Below, one piece after another: positions 13,490-27,710 of a stretch of DNA of 64,000 nucleotides. A model generated the notes under the pieces. The model was not told the DNA's origin. It did not search any database and saw nothing but the letters and a program-made list of their open reading frames with translations. The translations under genes and the position numbers were made by a program. How positions within the stretch are numbered: position 1 is the first letter of the stretch; the number at the start of each line of letters is the position of its first letter. Source of the DNA: Eledone cirrhosa (taxonomy: Eukaryota); NCBI GenBank assembly GCA_964016885.1, contig OZ024755.1:10788001-10852000 (forward strand). The letters run 5' to 3'.

Positions 13490-13625
13490 CTTCTGCCTAG
13501 ATTTGCGACCAACAGATATTATTAGCAACTGGAAAGACCAATGGAAACATTGTTTCTTCGGTCCGATTTGACGAGCTTCACCCCACTCTTTAAGCAAATG
13601 AGGTTCGGGATCTTGCCGATCGTCT
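13490..13625 (+). mobile_element. 3' body fragment of the SINE found at 57505-57711
   Basis: TTGCGACCAACAGATATTATTAGCAACTGGAAAGACCAATGGAAACATTGTTTCTTCGGTCCGATTTGACGA is the reverse complement of ~57515-57590 with few changes. Confidence 0.7.
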
Positions 13626-13627
13626 AT

Positions 13628-13685
<58 letters not shown>

Positions 13686-13719
13686 GCTCGCAACTTGTTT
13701 ATGTACAAGCTGTAAGTGT

Positions 13720-14010
13720 TAGACTTCAGTCACATCCAATGATGAGCCATCTAATGCTATCCACGAAGAGCCTGCTCCTGATATTAAATTCAAGTAGCTG
13801 AGTATTCAATAAATATGTGTACATTAACATAGTTTTTAGGGAGATTCTGTAAGTCGGTATGTGTTACAAAGCTGATCCGTCGAATTTAGAGATATTACTC
13901 ATTTTTCCTACTACATTGACTGGAATAACGAGAAATAAATTATCTTACTCAAGGACAAGAGGCACCACTGGAAATTAAAATCACAGCTAAACAATGGTGA
14001 ACCGAACAAT
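13720..14010 (-). mobile_element. Degenerate SINE (family B-like)
   Basis: Reverse complement of the family B body plus ...GAAATAAATTATCTTACTCAAGGACA (CORE-like) and a decayed head. Confidence 0.5.
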
Positions 14011-14448
14011 CTACACATACATACGTTGTAAAGTCAAGTACAGTATTTGTCTAAACCAATATTTCAATACGACAGACGTCGATATATATATCAAATAACA
14101 TTTCATCGGGAATCACAAGTAACAAATTATTACAAAAAATAAATAGATGGATAAATAGATAAAACATAAAGATTACAAAATGATAGATGAAACAAACGAA
14201 CCTCCGGCTGCTAAACCAATACACTATATATATATATATATATATGTGGGGGGGGGGTCTACGTATGTATATGGTGAGCTCAGGCAGTTTTGCTAATAAA
14301 ATAACGACAAATGCAATTATAGCTTCTAGTAAGATTGAATAGAATTCTCTTCAAACTTGGACGATTTCAAATCACATTTATTTAGCACTGCAATATCTAT
14401 GGAAAGATAAAACTAATAAAAAAAATAATAAATCTTGTTATATATTGC

Positions 14449-14490
<42 letters not shown>

Positions 14491-14583
14491 AGAGAGAGAG
14501 ATTTTTTAGAATAGACGTATGTGTATATATATATAGATAGAGAGAGAGAGAGAGAGAGAGATTTTAGAATAGACGTATGTATG

Positions 14584-14615
<32 letters not shown>

Positions 14616-14920
14616 TATATATATATATATATGTGTGTGTGTATGTATGTATGTATGTATATAACTAATCGAAGGACTGAAATACAATGAAATAAATTGG
14701 TGTACATAATACAGTTAGATAGGTGAATTAAATTGTTTTCAAATCTTGGTGACTGTCATTCGTTGTACAGTGTTTCTTGTTCACGATTCCCGAACGAATC
14801 GTTAATCAGAACCACAATGATTAAGCTCCCACTAATGATAAATGAATATACATACATACATACATAGAGAGAGCGAGAGGGTGAGCGAGAGAGAGAAAGA
14901 AAGAGATGTATATATATACG

Positions 14921-15100
14921 CAGTAGGGGAAGACCATGAAAAGCATGGGTGGAGGTGGTGAGAGCAGACCTCAGATCGCTAAAGCTCACGGTGGAGATGC
15001 CGAAGGACCGTGACAAGTGGAGAGATGCTGTGCTGAATAGGACCCGCGCCACCCTTGCAAGCAGCGAAAAGCGGACGTAAAATAATGATGATGATGATGA
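14921..15100 (+). mobile_element. 3' end of an RTE-clade LINE with (TGA)n tail
   Basis: Translates as SRGRP*KAWVEVVRADLRSLKLTVEMPKDRDKWRDAV, the GRP..W...DL...DR..WR C-terminal motif of RTE ORFs; in-frame stop; preceded by TA tract. Confidence 0.8.
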
Positions 15101-15252
15101 TCATCATCATATATATGTCTACATATAAACAAACACCTGCATAATATGGAAAAACCTATTCTTACAGAGTGGCGACTATATCGTCATATATGTATATATA
15201 TATATATATACGAACGTATTTTATTTTATATACACACACACACATATACACG

Positions 15253-15292
<40 letters not shown>

Positions 15293-15442
15293 TTCACATA
15301 TACTTGTGTGTATGTAGTATGTTTCTACATACAAATAGTACAATTATGTTGCTATTACAAGCAAAATTTTCAATAGTAAATCATATTTGAAGTTGGGAAA
15401 TTGAATGTAACCTACTTACTGTGCATACGATTTTGTTGCTCG

Positions 15443-15458
15443 GAGCAGTCATCTAAAC

Positions 15459-15538
<80 letters not shown>

Positions 15539-15552
15539 TTAGATGACTGCTC
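15443..15552. repeat. 17-bp inverted repeat enclosing (TA)n(TG)n
   Basis: GAGCAGTCATCTAAACA ... TGTTTAGATGACTGCTC. Confidence 0.88.
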
Positions 15553-15689
15553 TGGGCATATATATACATGCGTGTTTGTTTGTGTGTGCATATATTCGTA
15601 TAGATATGTAGATGAGTGACATATTATAAAATGCTTCACGCACAGAACACATAGATACACATATGTATATATATATAAACATATCCCCC

Positions 15690-15729
<40 letters not shown>

Positions 15730-15804
15730 ATATAAAGAAATACACAGACACATGCGAATACATACATATACATGAATATACCCACATATATCAGAGCTAT
15801 ATAA

Positions 15805-15992
15805 TACATTATAAAGAAAGAAGAAACATTAGATATAATTAATAAGATATACCATACCTAAATTTCCTCATTATCCATTATCGTCATATCGCAAAATAAA
15901 CCACAAAACTACGTAGTTGAGGATAATGTGGAAATTTAGGTATGGTATATCTTTTTAATTATATCTAATGTTTCGTCTTTCTTTATAATGTA
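15805..15992. repeat. Inverted repeat, ~72-bp arms, 44-nt spacer, abutting (TA)n
   Basis: 15805-15876 is the reverse complement of 15921-15992 with ~3 mismatches. Confidence 0.92.
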
Positions 15993-16071
<79 letters not shown>

Positions 16072-16421
16072 CCAAGGTGTGAACGAATTCATTGATCCGC
16101 CTTTTTCGAGGTTGAATCAGTACAAAATTCGACACATGCCGCCAACTTTCAATATATACTCGAATTTAGTGGAACCAAATTTTTGACACCGATTGGTGGT
16201 ATTCAGCATAATATTTATGTTTTGTTATATGCTGCAGTTCTGGCCACCACTGTATAGTCGAGGAGCCAGTCCAATGTTGACCTCTTTTCGAACGCTAGGA
16301 CAAAATTACGAAAATGCAATAGACTGATACGGCTATCATGCACACACACACACACACATGTATACCTTCACATGTGAAATATATATATGTCACTCAAGGT
16401 TTAAGATTTCGTGTTTAAGTT

Positions 16422-16557
<136 letters not shown>

Positions 16558-17129
16558 TGTTTTTAACGTTAGCGGCTTGGAAATAAGTGTCAGACTAAAA
16601 TAAGGACCAAGAATGATCAACTATATCCTTTATTGACGGTGCCACAGCTTGGCCGCGCTCTGCTGACTAACGACAATAGAAAATAAAGAACAGAAAAGCA
16701 AACGAGTATCAGAAAATTGAGAAAATAAGAATAGACGAAATGAGACAGACGAATGCTTTTTAAAAAAATTAAAGAAATAAAACTGAATATAAAGGAATAT
16801 ATATACGAACACAAATAGAAGAATGTTCAGAACGGAAGTAAACAATTCTAGAATGGGAATGAATAGAGGAAAACAATGAAGTAAATGAGTATATAAATGA
16901 TGAAAGAGAAAGAAAGAAAAACAAAGCATTGAATGAAGAATGAGGGGGTGGGGGAGAAGCGAAGGGAGAAGGGGTTGGAAATGACATGAATAGGAAGGAG
17001 TTAAGGAAGAGGAGGGGTGAAGAAGAGGGCGGTGGAAAACTGAGATGAAAGAAAATTTTGAAAAAAATATTACATTTGAAAAATAATCAAATAACGATTG
17101 AAAAAAGGTGTTAAGGTAGAACATCCGAT

Positions 17130-17660
17130 AATATATATATATGTGTGTGTGTGTATGTGTGGTGTATGTATATATATATTTATGTATATATATATTTATG
17201 TACATATATATGTATGTATATATATATGTATGTATATACATATGTATGTATATACATATATGTATATATATGTATATATATATATATGTATATATATATG
17301 TATATATATGTGTATATATATATATGTGTATATATATATGTATATGTATATATATGTATATATATATATGTATATATATGTATATATACATATATATGTA
17401 TATACATGTATGTATATATATGTATATACATGTATGTATATATATGTATATATATATATATATGTATATATATATGTATGTATATGTATATATGTATATA
17501 TATATATATCTATATGTATATATATTTGCATATGTATGTATATATATATATATATATATATACATAGATATGAGTGTGTGTAGATATATATATGTATATA
17601 TATATATACTTATGTATATATATATGTATATATATAAGTGTGTGTGTGTGTGTGTGTATG
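17130..17660. repeat. (TA)/(TATG)/(TG) compound microsatellite
   Basis: Directly visible. Confidence 0.95.
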
Positions 17661-18279
17661 CATATACATATACGCATTTCTGAGTATACATATATGTGTG
17701 AAGTTATGCGTATGCACATGCATGTCATAATTTTTGAATGTACATAAATACACATACACATACATATACACTTACCTGTATATAAATATATGTATTTATA
17801 TAATTGTATGTATAAATATATATTCACATTATTCAAACGTTATATGTATATATTTATGGGTTTGGAGAGATTTGTTTGCGTGTGGGGGGGGGGGGGGGCA
17901 CGAGTGAGACCAATCTTCTCTCCGTATGTATGTGTGTGTATGTTCCTGTATGTATGTGTGTGTTGCGTGTGAATGCTCGTGTGTATGCATGTGTGTGTTC
18001 GCATGTGTGCGTATATGAGTGCGAGTATTAGCATGTATGTGTCCATGTAGGTGTACATGTTACTGCTTGAAATGTGGAGCAGACAAATTCGATCTGTTTT
18101 CGCTGTCTTTTTACACTATAGTTTAATTAAATTCAAAAAGAAACGTGGTTATATTTAGTTTTCAGGAGACAACAGTCTCATTTGTGAAGTTTATACTCTT
18201 AAGTACAATAGCACTATTGTAACATAATTATAAACATACGGACATATGCACGTACATATATCATACATGTTTGTATGAG

Positions 18280-18314
<35 letters not shown>

Positions 18315-18400
18315 ATATATATATGTATATATGTACGTATATGTATATCTGTACGTATAAATATATATATATACACGTATTTATGTACGTAACTCTCTCG

Positions 18401-18433
<33 letters not shown>

Positions 18434-19309
18434 TGTATATATATATATATATATTTGTATATATATATATATATATTTGTATATATATATATATATATAT
18501 TTGTATATATATATATATATATATATATTTGTATATATATATATAAGAGGGAGAGAGAGAGAGGGTTAGAAATATACTGATATATGCGTATATATGTATG
18601 AATAGGTATGTTTGAGAAGAACAGGCTGAATAAACACGTTACAACGTAATTTCAAGGGACTGTATTTATCTATAAGTATATGGTTATGTAGCTCCACGTA
18701 TTTGTATGTTTATGGCTATATGTATTTTTTTAATCCATTCTGTACTTCAGTTTTTGAATCTATTTTAAGCAATTTATAACGTTGTAATAGAATCGACACT
18801 ATTGTTAGTTACAATACAAACAATGGAATGGATAAATTGCCAGATTTGCCATAGAGTTAGGTTTTGTTTACAAAAGACTTCTTATAATATTGCCAATGAC
18901 ACTTGAAAGAAAGTGAAGATTTTGATGCTGGTGAAATACCCAGTTAACCGTAAATGACACAAAGAAAAATGTTTTGCTATCGAAAAGGATCCATCCGCTT
19001 TACCTATACTTATGTAAAACACACAGCTTATAATATAATGTAAGTGCTCTGCATTAGATTTCTTTACATTCCGTTTTCAATCATAGCCTCCATCTACCAA
19101 TCTTGCAGACAAAAAAATAGAACCACCTTGTATCATATGTTCACCCCATTTTCCCTTAAACTTTAATTAAAACCCCCTTTTCACTGCATCACCCCCGTCA
19201 TCACCCCATCTATCTTACTCCTAATTCTCACCCAATATTTTAAAATATGCTTCTAATTTGTCTTTGCAAATATCAATCCCAACTCGTCTTTCTCTCCCTC
19301 ACTCTCTCC

Positions 19310-19371
<62 letters not shown>

Positions 19372-20325
19372 GATGATGGGCTCGGCACACTCTCTATCGA
19401 ACACATTTCATTCATATATCATTGATCAACGAGAGATACGTTTACATATATTTGCTGAAGGCGGAGTACAGTGGGATCGCACTTGTTTTCGAAGTCAACT
19501 CCTAACTACACAGCCATTCCTGCTCCCATCGAATGCATTTAATGATTTCCTTTTGCAGTACGATGTATTACATAATTAATTTTACTTGCACGCTTTCAAA
19601 CGCCAATCAATAATCGTGAGTAACTGGTTATCTATAAATAATATACGATTGAGAAAAAGAATCCGTTACTTAGCTGTAACCAAGTCGGATGAAGCAAATC
19701 AAACATATTGTATGATTGTTTTCTGGTTGCAAAATCAGCTTAGACCAATGTTGTATGAGTGTGCAAGTGGTTGAGCATTCCACAGTCACGTATATTTTTA
19801 ACGTAGTACAGATGTTGGACTTACAAACAGTTTTCGTGTAAAGAAATTTCAGTAAGTATAGGTTGACCCAAAGCTATAGTAAATGGTACTTACCCAATAT
19901 GCTACGTAATGGGATTGAATCCGGTATCTAATTATTTCGCGAACTACTTAACAACTTGGTCATACTCCTTCCACGGTCAATGGATAGTTTTGAAGGTCTA
20001 TTTTGCCTCCCTACCAGGGAGACGAAATATTGGACCTGAGTGGAATATGAAATTAGAACGCAAATTACAAACATTTTAGCGGACGTTTTAACGATTCAGC
20101 TAATTTCCTACATACGAGTATAATATATTATATTTTATTTCATTTTAGTTAATGTATCCTTTAGTCTTATTCTGTGTTGCATTTGAGGTAACGGTTTCTT
20201 GCCTTTCATGTACATGTTTATGTTGAGTAAGTGTTCTGAATGAGGCAGTCATATTAATCAAATATATATGTTTAAATACAATATAACAAAAATAGCATGT
20301 ATATATATATGTGTGTGTATATATT

Positions 20326-20369
<44 letters not shown>

Positions 20370-21059
20370 CATAAGCAACTGGTTATAGTACTTATGTTTC
20401 TAGGTTTTTGTACTGGACATTTGTTTCTGTAATTATATACGATTCTACATATGTTCATGTATATATTGTATATATGTGTGTGAGGAAATACACCGGCAAA
20501 CATATTATGATCTGTACTAGAAACCAATCAATCAAAATGCAATACTTAGCCAGGCTGTAGGTGACAGCAAGTAACATAATCTCCTCCCTCTCACTACTTA
20601 TGCGGTCGTCTGCCAACGTCACGTTTTTTCTCCGCCATCTTCTTTTTTGTCCATTCATTGATGCACTCAAAATAAATAAACATATATATATATGCGTGTG
20701 TGCATGTAGGGTATATATGTATGTACGTATATATGTATGAATGTATATATTTATTTATGTATGTATGTATCTTTGTATGAATGTAAATTGTATATATATG
20801 TGGTGGGGTATATACTCACCTACTGATATAGATATACATTGCTGTACAGACACACAAGTTTAAACTTTCTTTTATCTTAGTTTACCCACATTTTTATTCT
20901 TTTATTTTTAACATGAATTGCACAGGTTTTCCTGAAATAATATTAAGCATATATTTCACAATAGTTCATACAACCTTTCATATCTCATTGTAAATATTTA
21001 CAAGCAGGAAGAGTGAAAATGGGAAACAATGGAAGAAGAAATAAGAAATCAATTGATAG

Positions 21060-21368
21060 ATATAATAGGAGAATGGAGAGACGGCATATCTCAGCTAAAC
21101 ACCACGGACCATACACGAAAGTATTGCCGGCGAAAACAGTCAGCAGTAACCACGGTAGCAGCCATGACCCCACCTCGGGGATCCTTCGTACTTTAATGTG
21201 TTAAATCCACCCGTCAATGATTTTCAAAATATGGTGAAAAGCCAAACATTTTGTGTACGATACACAAAGTACTTTTATAAAACATGAATTAAGTAAAACA
21301 CTATATAAAATATAAAAACATAAAAACAGTTAAAGATACCCACCCTTATACGGGTGGGAACACACTAG
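21060..21368 (+). mobile_element. Probable non-autonomous Helitron (3' terminus defined, 5' boundary uncertain)
   Basis: GC hairpin CCCACCC-TTATAC-GGGTGGG (21339-21358), then CTAG (21365-21368) 6 nt later, followed by T; matches the Helitron 3' signature. A 5' TC end was not identified. Confidence 0.55.
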
Positions 21369-21803
21369 TTATGTCGGGTCAGAGCACCTCACATTTCTGC
21401 TCACCCACCAAATATTTCAAATTTCTTGGGGATCACCGAAATCCCCTGTAAGAATTTCCTCGGATGGTTCATCCACTAAACAGTATTACTAAATCTTTCC
21501 CTCTACCCTTTTTTTTTCTCTACTCTTTTTTCTTGTTAGAAATATGAGTCTAACATCCGTTAGTTCTCGTACCAATATTTATTCATTCATATATCGCGTG
21601 GAGCTTTCTCATTCAGTTCATACACTTTGTTAGGCTACGTTATATTGGTTCTGACGAGTGTGTCTTTCAGGATAACAAATTTTTTACGTCTTTTTTAAAA
21701 GGATTTCTGAGACAGCAGTTTTTTTTTGGTTTTGTTTGTTGTTCTTTTTTGAAATTTCAACATTAAAAAACGATGATTTAGACACAAAGCAATCAATTTT
21801 TAA

Positions 21804-21895
21804 GGTGGGGGAATAGGTCGATTGCATCGAAGCCAGATACTTGACTGGTACTTTATTTTATCGACTCCGGAAGGATAAAAAGCAAAGTTGACCTT
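21804..21895 (-). mobile_element. SINE family A fragment
   Basis: GACTGGTACTTTATTTTATCGACTCCGGAAGGATAAAAAGCAAAGTTGACC. Confidence 0.75.
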
Positions 21896-22094
21896 GGTTG
21901 GTGAATAATGAAATGGTAAAAAGGCATTTCAAAATGGCACCTTCGATATGAAACGTTTTGTGAAGTCAGGATACCATATCCTATAATCGTTACTGCCATT
22001 ATCAGCTTCGAGGAATATTATTAAGACATTTATTACAACCTTCCCTAACTATCATCCACCAAAAAGGATACATCCAGCAATAATAAATTCAACA

Positions 22095-22430
22095 TTATCA
22101 TCATGAACATCAGCAACAACATCATCAGTATTGTCATCGTTATCAAAGTCATAGATATCGTCGTCAATAATACTGTCATCATCGCCATCATCATCTTCAG
22201 GAAAATTATCCAACCATCATCATCGCGTCATCATCATCATCATCATCATCATTATGGCTATCATCAGCATCGTCATCATCATAAACATCATAATAATTGC
22301 TAACAACATGATGAACATCATAAACCCCCACTCATCAATATCATCATATCCATAAACAGCATTGTACTCCTCACCATCACAATCATCGTAATCGTCATCA
22401 TTATCCTCGCAATCACCACCATCATTAATT
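22095..22430. repeat. Degenerate (CAT)n low-complexity tract
   Basis: Directly visible. Confidence 0.85.
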
Positions 22431-23351
22431 ATACTATTACATCACTAAACATCGTTTTTGCAATAAAGTTTTTTTCCCCAATTCTTATCGGAAATTTCAG
22501 AAATAAAATAATGAAATAACAACCAAAATTAAACGCACAGAATCACTAAAAAGATCTTATATCAAATAATTATTATTTTTTAACTTTTTTCTTTCAAATA
22601 AAAACTAACTCTATTTAATTTGTTTTTTCTCACACCGGTTATCTCTCGTGGTAAAATTAATAAGACAGAAGTAAACAGTTATGAAAAAAACAAAAACGAT
22701 AAACAAAAGATACCAGTTATCATAACAATATCAAACTAAACATTTAAGCGATTGCTGGAAATAGCAGTTAAATATTAGAGTTTTAGAAATAAGTTATCAG
22801 CCAAAATTGATATATATTCTTTTGTCTATTTGTTACTGTTCTCTTGTGCCTTATTTGAAAATAGACGTTAAGACTGTCGTCTTGTCATTTGTCGATTTGT
22901 TACTGTCTCTCATGCACTAGAGCTAGTTGCATCGATCTTAAAAGCAGTGAAACAACGTATGATAAGATGGGCCTGTCTACATTCATTCATTTCCCTGTCC
23001 TCGCCCATATTTTTTATCCATTCATATATATATATATATATATATATATGTTCAATCACCGTCAGATATATACAATGTCAAAAATAGCCCTCTATGTCAA
23101 CACAAAGTAAAATATGTCGGCTCGAGAAAACCTGCAGGGATGAAATTATAAGCAAAAGGTTAATTAGCTTTTGATATAAATTTCATCAGCTGTCAAGCGA
23201 TTGTCAGGCAGTCGTTGTATAATATTTGTCGATGCATGTCAAAAATAAAAGATTAAAACGGCTGTCAATTATGAAATACAAAACAAGTTTTAATATCACA
23301 TTATATATATATACATATACATATATATATATATATACATACATATATATG

Positions 23352-23433
<82 letters not shown>

Positions 23434-23444
23434 AATACACACAA

Positions 23445-23486
<42 letters not shown>

Positions 23487-24189
23487 TAAAGAGAGAATGT
23501 TTATATTATTCTAGTTTATTTATTAATCTATTTGTTTATTCTTCTTTTACTTCTTCTTCCTCGCCTTCTTTTTGTTGTTTGTTTAATCGCAAATTCATTC
23601 ATTCAGCCATTTTGTGATTATCTCTCTATTTACTATCAGCGACACAATATTTAACTTGAATTGTCATTACGTTGCGTTAGATAACAGGGAAATTATAGAA
23701 TATTGTAAAAGTGGTTTTGGTTTTCTAATCTCTATTGTCTGAAGACACATACACAAACACAAATACACACACACGCACACACACACACACATATATATGT
23801 ATATATATATATATAATTGGGAGAGAGAGTGGGAATACATACATACAGAAAAATACGTTCACACGATTACATATCATACACATGTCATACACATATACAT
23901 ATATATATATCATACACATATATACACATATATTTTATTTTTTAGACAGATAGATATCTTAACTATGTAAGTATATATGTAGTGTGAAAATATATCTGCC
24001 TGGCTGTTGTCTGTATCAATTTTTGTATGGATGCATTTACGTATCTGTTAAAGTTAGGAAGATTTTTCTTTTTATAAATTAGTCCAGAGAGATTTATGAA
24101 CGGAAGACCGAGGCTGACCAGGTGGGTTGGCAAAACTAATGGGGTGGCGGTTGATTTTGAAAATCTCTAAGTAGGCTTTTCTAACCTGT

Positions 24190-24332
24190 TAAGGGTGAAA
24201 GCAGCGATTCTTTGCTTAAAATTTAATCTGTTATTTTAATAAATATTTACTCTATGGTTCTTATATATTTGATATATATTTATCGTTATCGAGCCCTCTT
24301 TGCATTTTAGTCTTCACAATAATTATTATTAT

Positions 24333-24340
<8 letters not shown>
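24190..24340 (+). repeat. Dispersed element, copy 1 (copy 2 with inverted 5' end at 26173-26345)
   Basis: CTTTGCTTAAA(A/C)TTTAATCTGTTATTTTAATAA...TTATCGAGCCCTCTTTG(C/G)ATTTTAGTCTTCA shared; both copies end at (ATT)n(TA)n. Confidence 0.85.
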
Positions 24341-24380
<40 letters not shown>

Positions 24381-24588
24381 GTAAACCTCACATGTGTTTG
24401 GAAGACGGCGATTGGAATTTGGGAATTAATAAATTTCGGGAATTAATAAATTTCGTCGTATGTTGACTATAGACAATAGTATAGCACACCGTATAAGCCC
24501 CAAAACAAATGAAAATTGGCATCAACATCCATGAGATTCAAGCTCACACCTCTTATTTTTTAATATCACACACACATACATTTTTTTA

Positions 24589-24642
<54 letters not shown>

Positions 24643-25902
24643 AGCGGGCACACCTACACTTACGCACACACTGTGTGTATATGTATATATATATTTATAT
24701 ATATATATATATGGGGGGGAGGTACCGATATATATAGAGAGAGTCTGTGTAGTTATTTGGATGGAATTTCAGAGTGTTTCGTTTGAAGGATGTGCTGCAG
24801 ATAAAAATTAACATGGGAAGTGCGATGAGAACTACAAGTTTAACGAGAATAATTTTAAGTGCAATAAAGCCCAGCTGCTGTAATTGAGGTTATTGCTTAA
24901 GTAACAACACAAATATCAGAAACATCAGAATAGAGAAGGGGTTTCTATTCTCAGTCGCCTCACGCCATGAAACTTGGATAAAAACCGACCTAACGAGCCT
25001 TAAATGGCTTAAGATATAATTGTTATTATATTTATCAACGGAATCTCGAATGCGTAATCACGAGGAAAAGTGCGGAAGCTACAATAAATTAGCCAATCCA
25101 ACTCACAGGACTTATTCTTGCATATGATAAACTTCATCTCAATCAATCGCTGTAAGACCTTTTTATTACCGCTTTGAGTTCGAAGAGTTTGATGTGTGCG
25201 AGATAAATTTGAGTGCAAGAGTATACCACTTGTAAGTTCAGATAAGCAGTTGATGTGATATAAGGAGAGGTTGGCAATAATCCCTATCCATAAAATGTCA
25301 GTGTTAAATTAAGCGAGGTTGCTGATATTTTGAGATGCTTCAAAGCACATAATCTCTCTCTAAAAATTATATTAATTACTGTGAAATCAAAAGAATTAAA
25401 TAGAGGAGATAACATGTTATAGCTGTGGCACTTGCTTGCTATTGCTTGTATGACTGCCATTCAAAACATTTGACATGCCTAAATGCCTATATTCAAAATG
25501 TGTATATACACTACACTTGCAGTCTCTGTTAATCCTTTTTGTATATGTACAGATGAATTGGACCTCCATCGAGTTCAACGATGAACGAGTGCTCCATTTG
25601 TTTGATTTGTTAGTGAAATTAACATGTAACCAGCTCAGCATTATACAGACATGGATTAATATAATTCTCAGGAAGATTCAGCGTGACAAATGTGTGCCAA
25701 GGCTGTCCCTTATAGTAGGGCATTAGCTTCACGTACGTACTTCAGCCTGGGATATATTTGTCGAATATCCAGAACCATTAAGAGTTAAGAATATATAAGG
25801 GACGGTATATCAATACATATATATAATCACACGCGTATATGTGTTTATTTATGAATACATGAATACCCACAAGCATATATATATATATATTATACATAGA
25901 AC

Positions 25903-26075
25903 AGTATAAATATTTAATATAGAAATGGCTTCTACTGGATTAGAACTGTTTCATTCGGGAGAAATCATCCGATGATTTCTCCCGAATGAACAGTTCTAGT
26001 CCTGTAGAAGCCATTTCTATATTAAATATGTATACTCTGTTTTGTATTGTGGTTACCCCCGATTGAACCTGGGAT
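25903..26075. mobile_element. Fold-back copy of HHR element family 2 (palindrome 25903-26036)
   Basis: Near-perfect palindrome centred on ATCATC-C-GATGAT; right arm continues into GGTTACCCCCGATTGAACC shared with ~41418-41437. Confidence 0.8.
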
Positions 26076-26172
26076 ATAATTATATTATACATATATATAT
26101 ATATATTATACATATATTTATATATATATATGTGTAATATATATATATTATATATATATATTATATATATAT

Positions 26173-26446
<274 letters not shown>

Positions 26447-26549
26447 TATATTATAATATATATATTATACACGTGTGTGTGTGTCTGTCACATGTGTGTC
26501 TGTGTGCATACATTGAAGGTTACATACATTGTTTTTTGAGCGTTTAGTG

Positions 26550-26595
<46 letters not shown>

Positions 26596-27413
26596 CGTGT
26601 GAGTGTGTATGTGTGTATCTATATATCTATGTGTTTATTGATGTGCCATATATTGTCAGTGAATTTACGATATAATCATTCACCATTAAAACATTAAGAA
26701 CAATTAGTATATGAGTCCTTACTGGGTGCAGGTTTAATGTGGCTATCATACACACAATTGCATACATACACACACACACATGATTGCATGTGTTCAGGTG
26801 AAATGATGCAATCACATTCATACACACGGAAAAAATGACAGAAAGACGTAACAGAACCCTCTGGTATAATTAAGCATTGAGCCATGAATCAATCTATATA
26901 TCTTTACATACATATATATATACCAATATATACGAGTGTATATATATATATCCATGAACGATGTTCTTTTCTGTTTGTAGTTGTTTTTGCAAATATATAT
27001 ATATATATAGCGTTGTATGCATACACGTTAAAGCGTGTGCAACTAACTATAACGAGAATGCGAGTGGGAGAGATTTTGTAACGTTGAGAAATGGGTTTAT
27101 GATTATATATTGTTCGCTCGATTATGTATATATATTCTAATGTGTGTGTTTGTATTTGAGCTTCCTTCCATGAGCGGTCTTTGACCGTGGTCGTTGATGT
27201 GTTAATATATGCGCATGTAACCCAAGCCCAAATCATGTATAGCATTCTATTGTAGCAGAATTCGACAACAACAACAACAGCAGCAACAATAATAATAAAT
27301 TGCAAGTATAGAAATCTCATGATTTTCATAATGTTTTATTTGCTTTTTATACAAAAGCAAACAGCAACATACAAACACACACACATATATATATATATAT
27401 ATATGTTTGTGTG

Positions 27414-27512
<99 letters not shown>

Positions 27513-27655
27513 GTGTATATTTATATATATGTACATATATATATATGTGTATATTTATATATATATATATGTGTGTATATTTATATATATATATATGTAC
27601 ATATATATATATATGTATATATTTATATATATATATGAACACATATATGTATATA

Positions 27656-27710
<55 letters not shown>

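Noticed and set aside
15850-15900. Minus-strand ATGACGA...GAAA as a hammerhead
   Set aside because: C3 is missing and stems II and III cannot be paired.
16230-16254. Tc1/mariner-like terminus (CACTG-TA)
   Set aside because: Only one end seen; no partner TIR or transposase sequence.
20600-20645. AAGATGGCGG (YY1/start-codon-like motif) on the minus strand
   Set aside because: The following frame stops after 14 codons and there is no other promoter or exon support.
21651-21680. CTGACGA as a hammerhead core
   Set aside because: No stem II, no GAAA and no stem III downstream.
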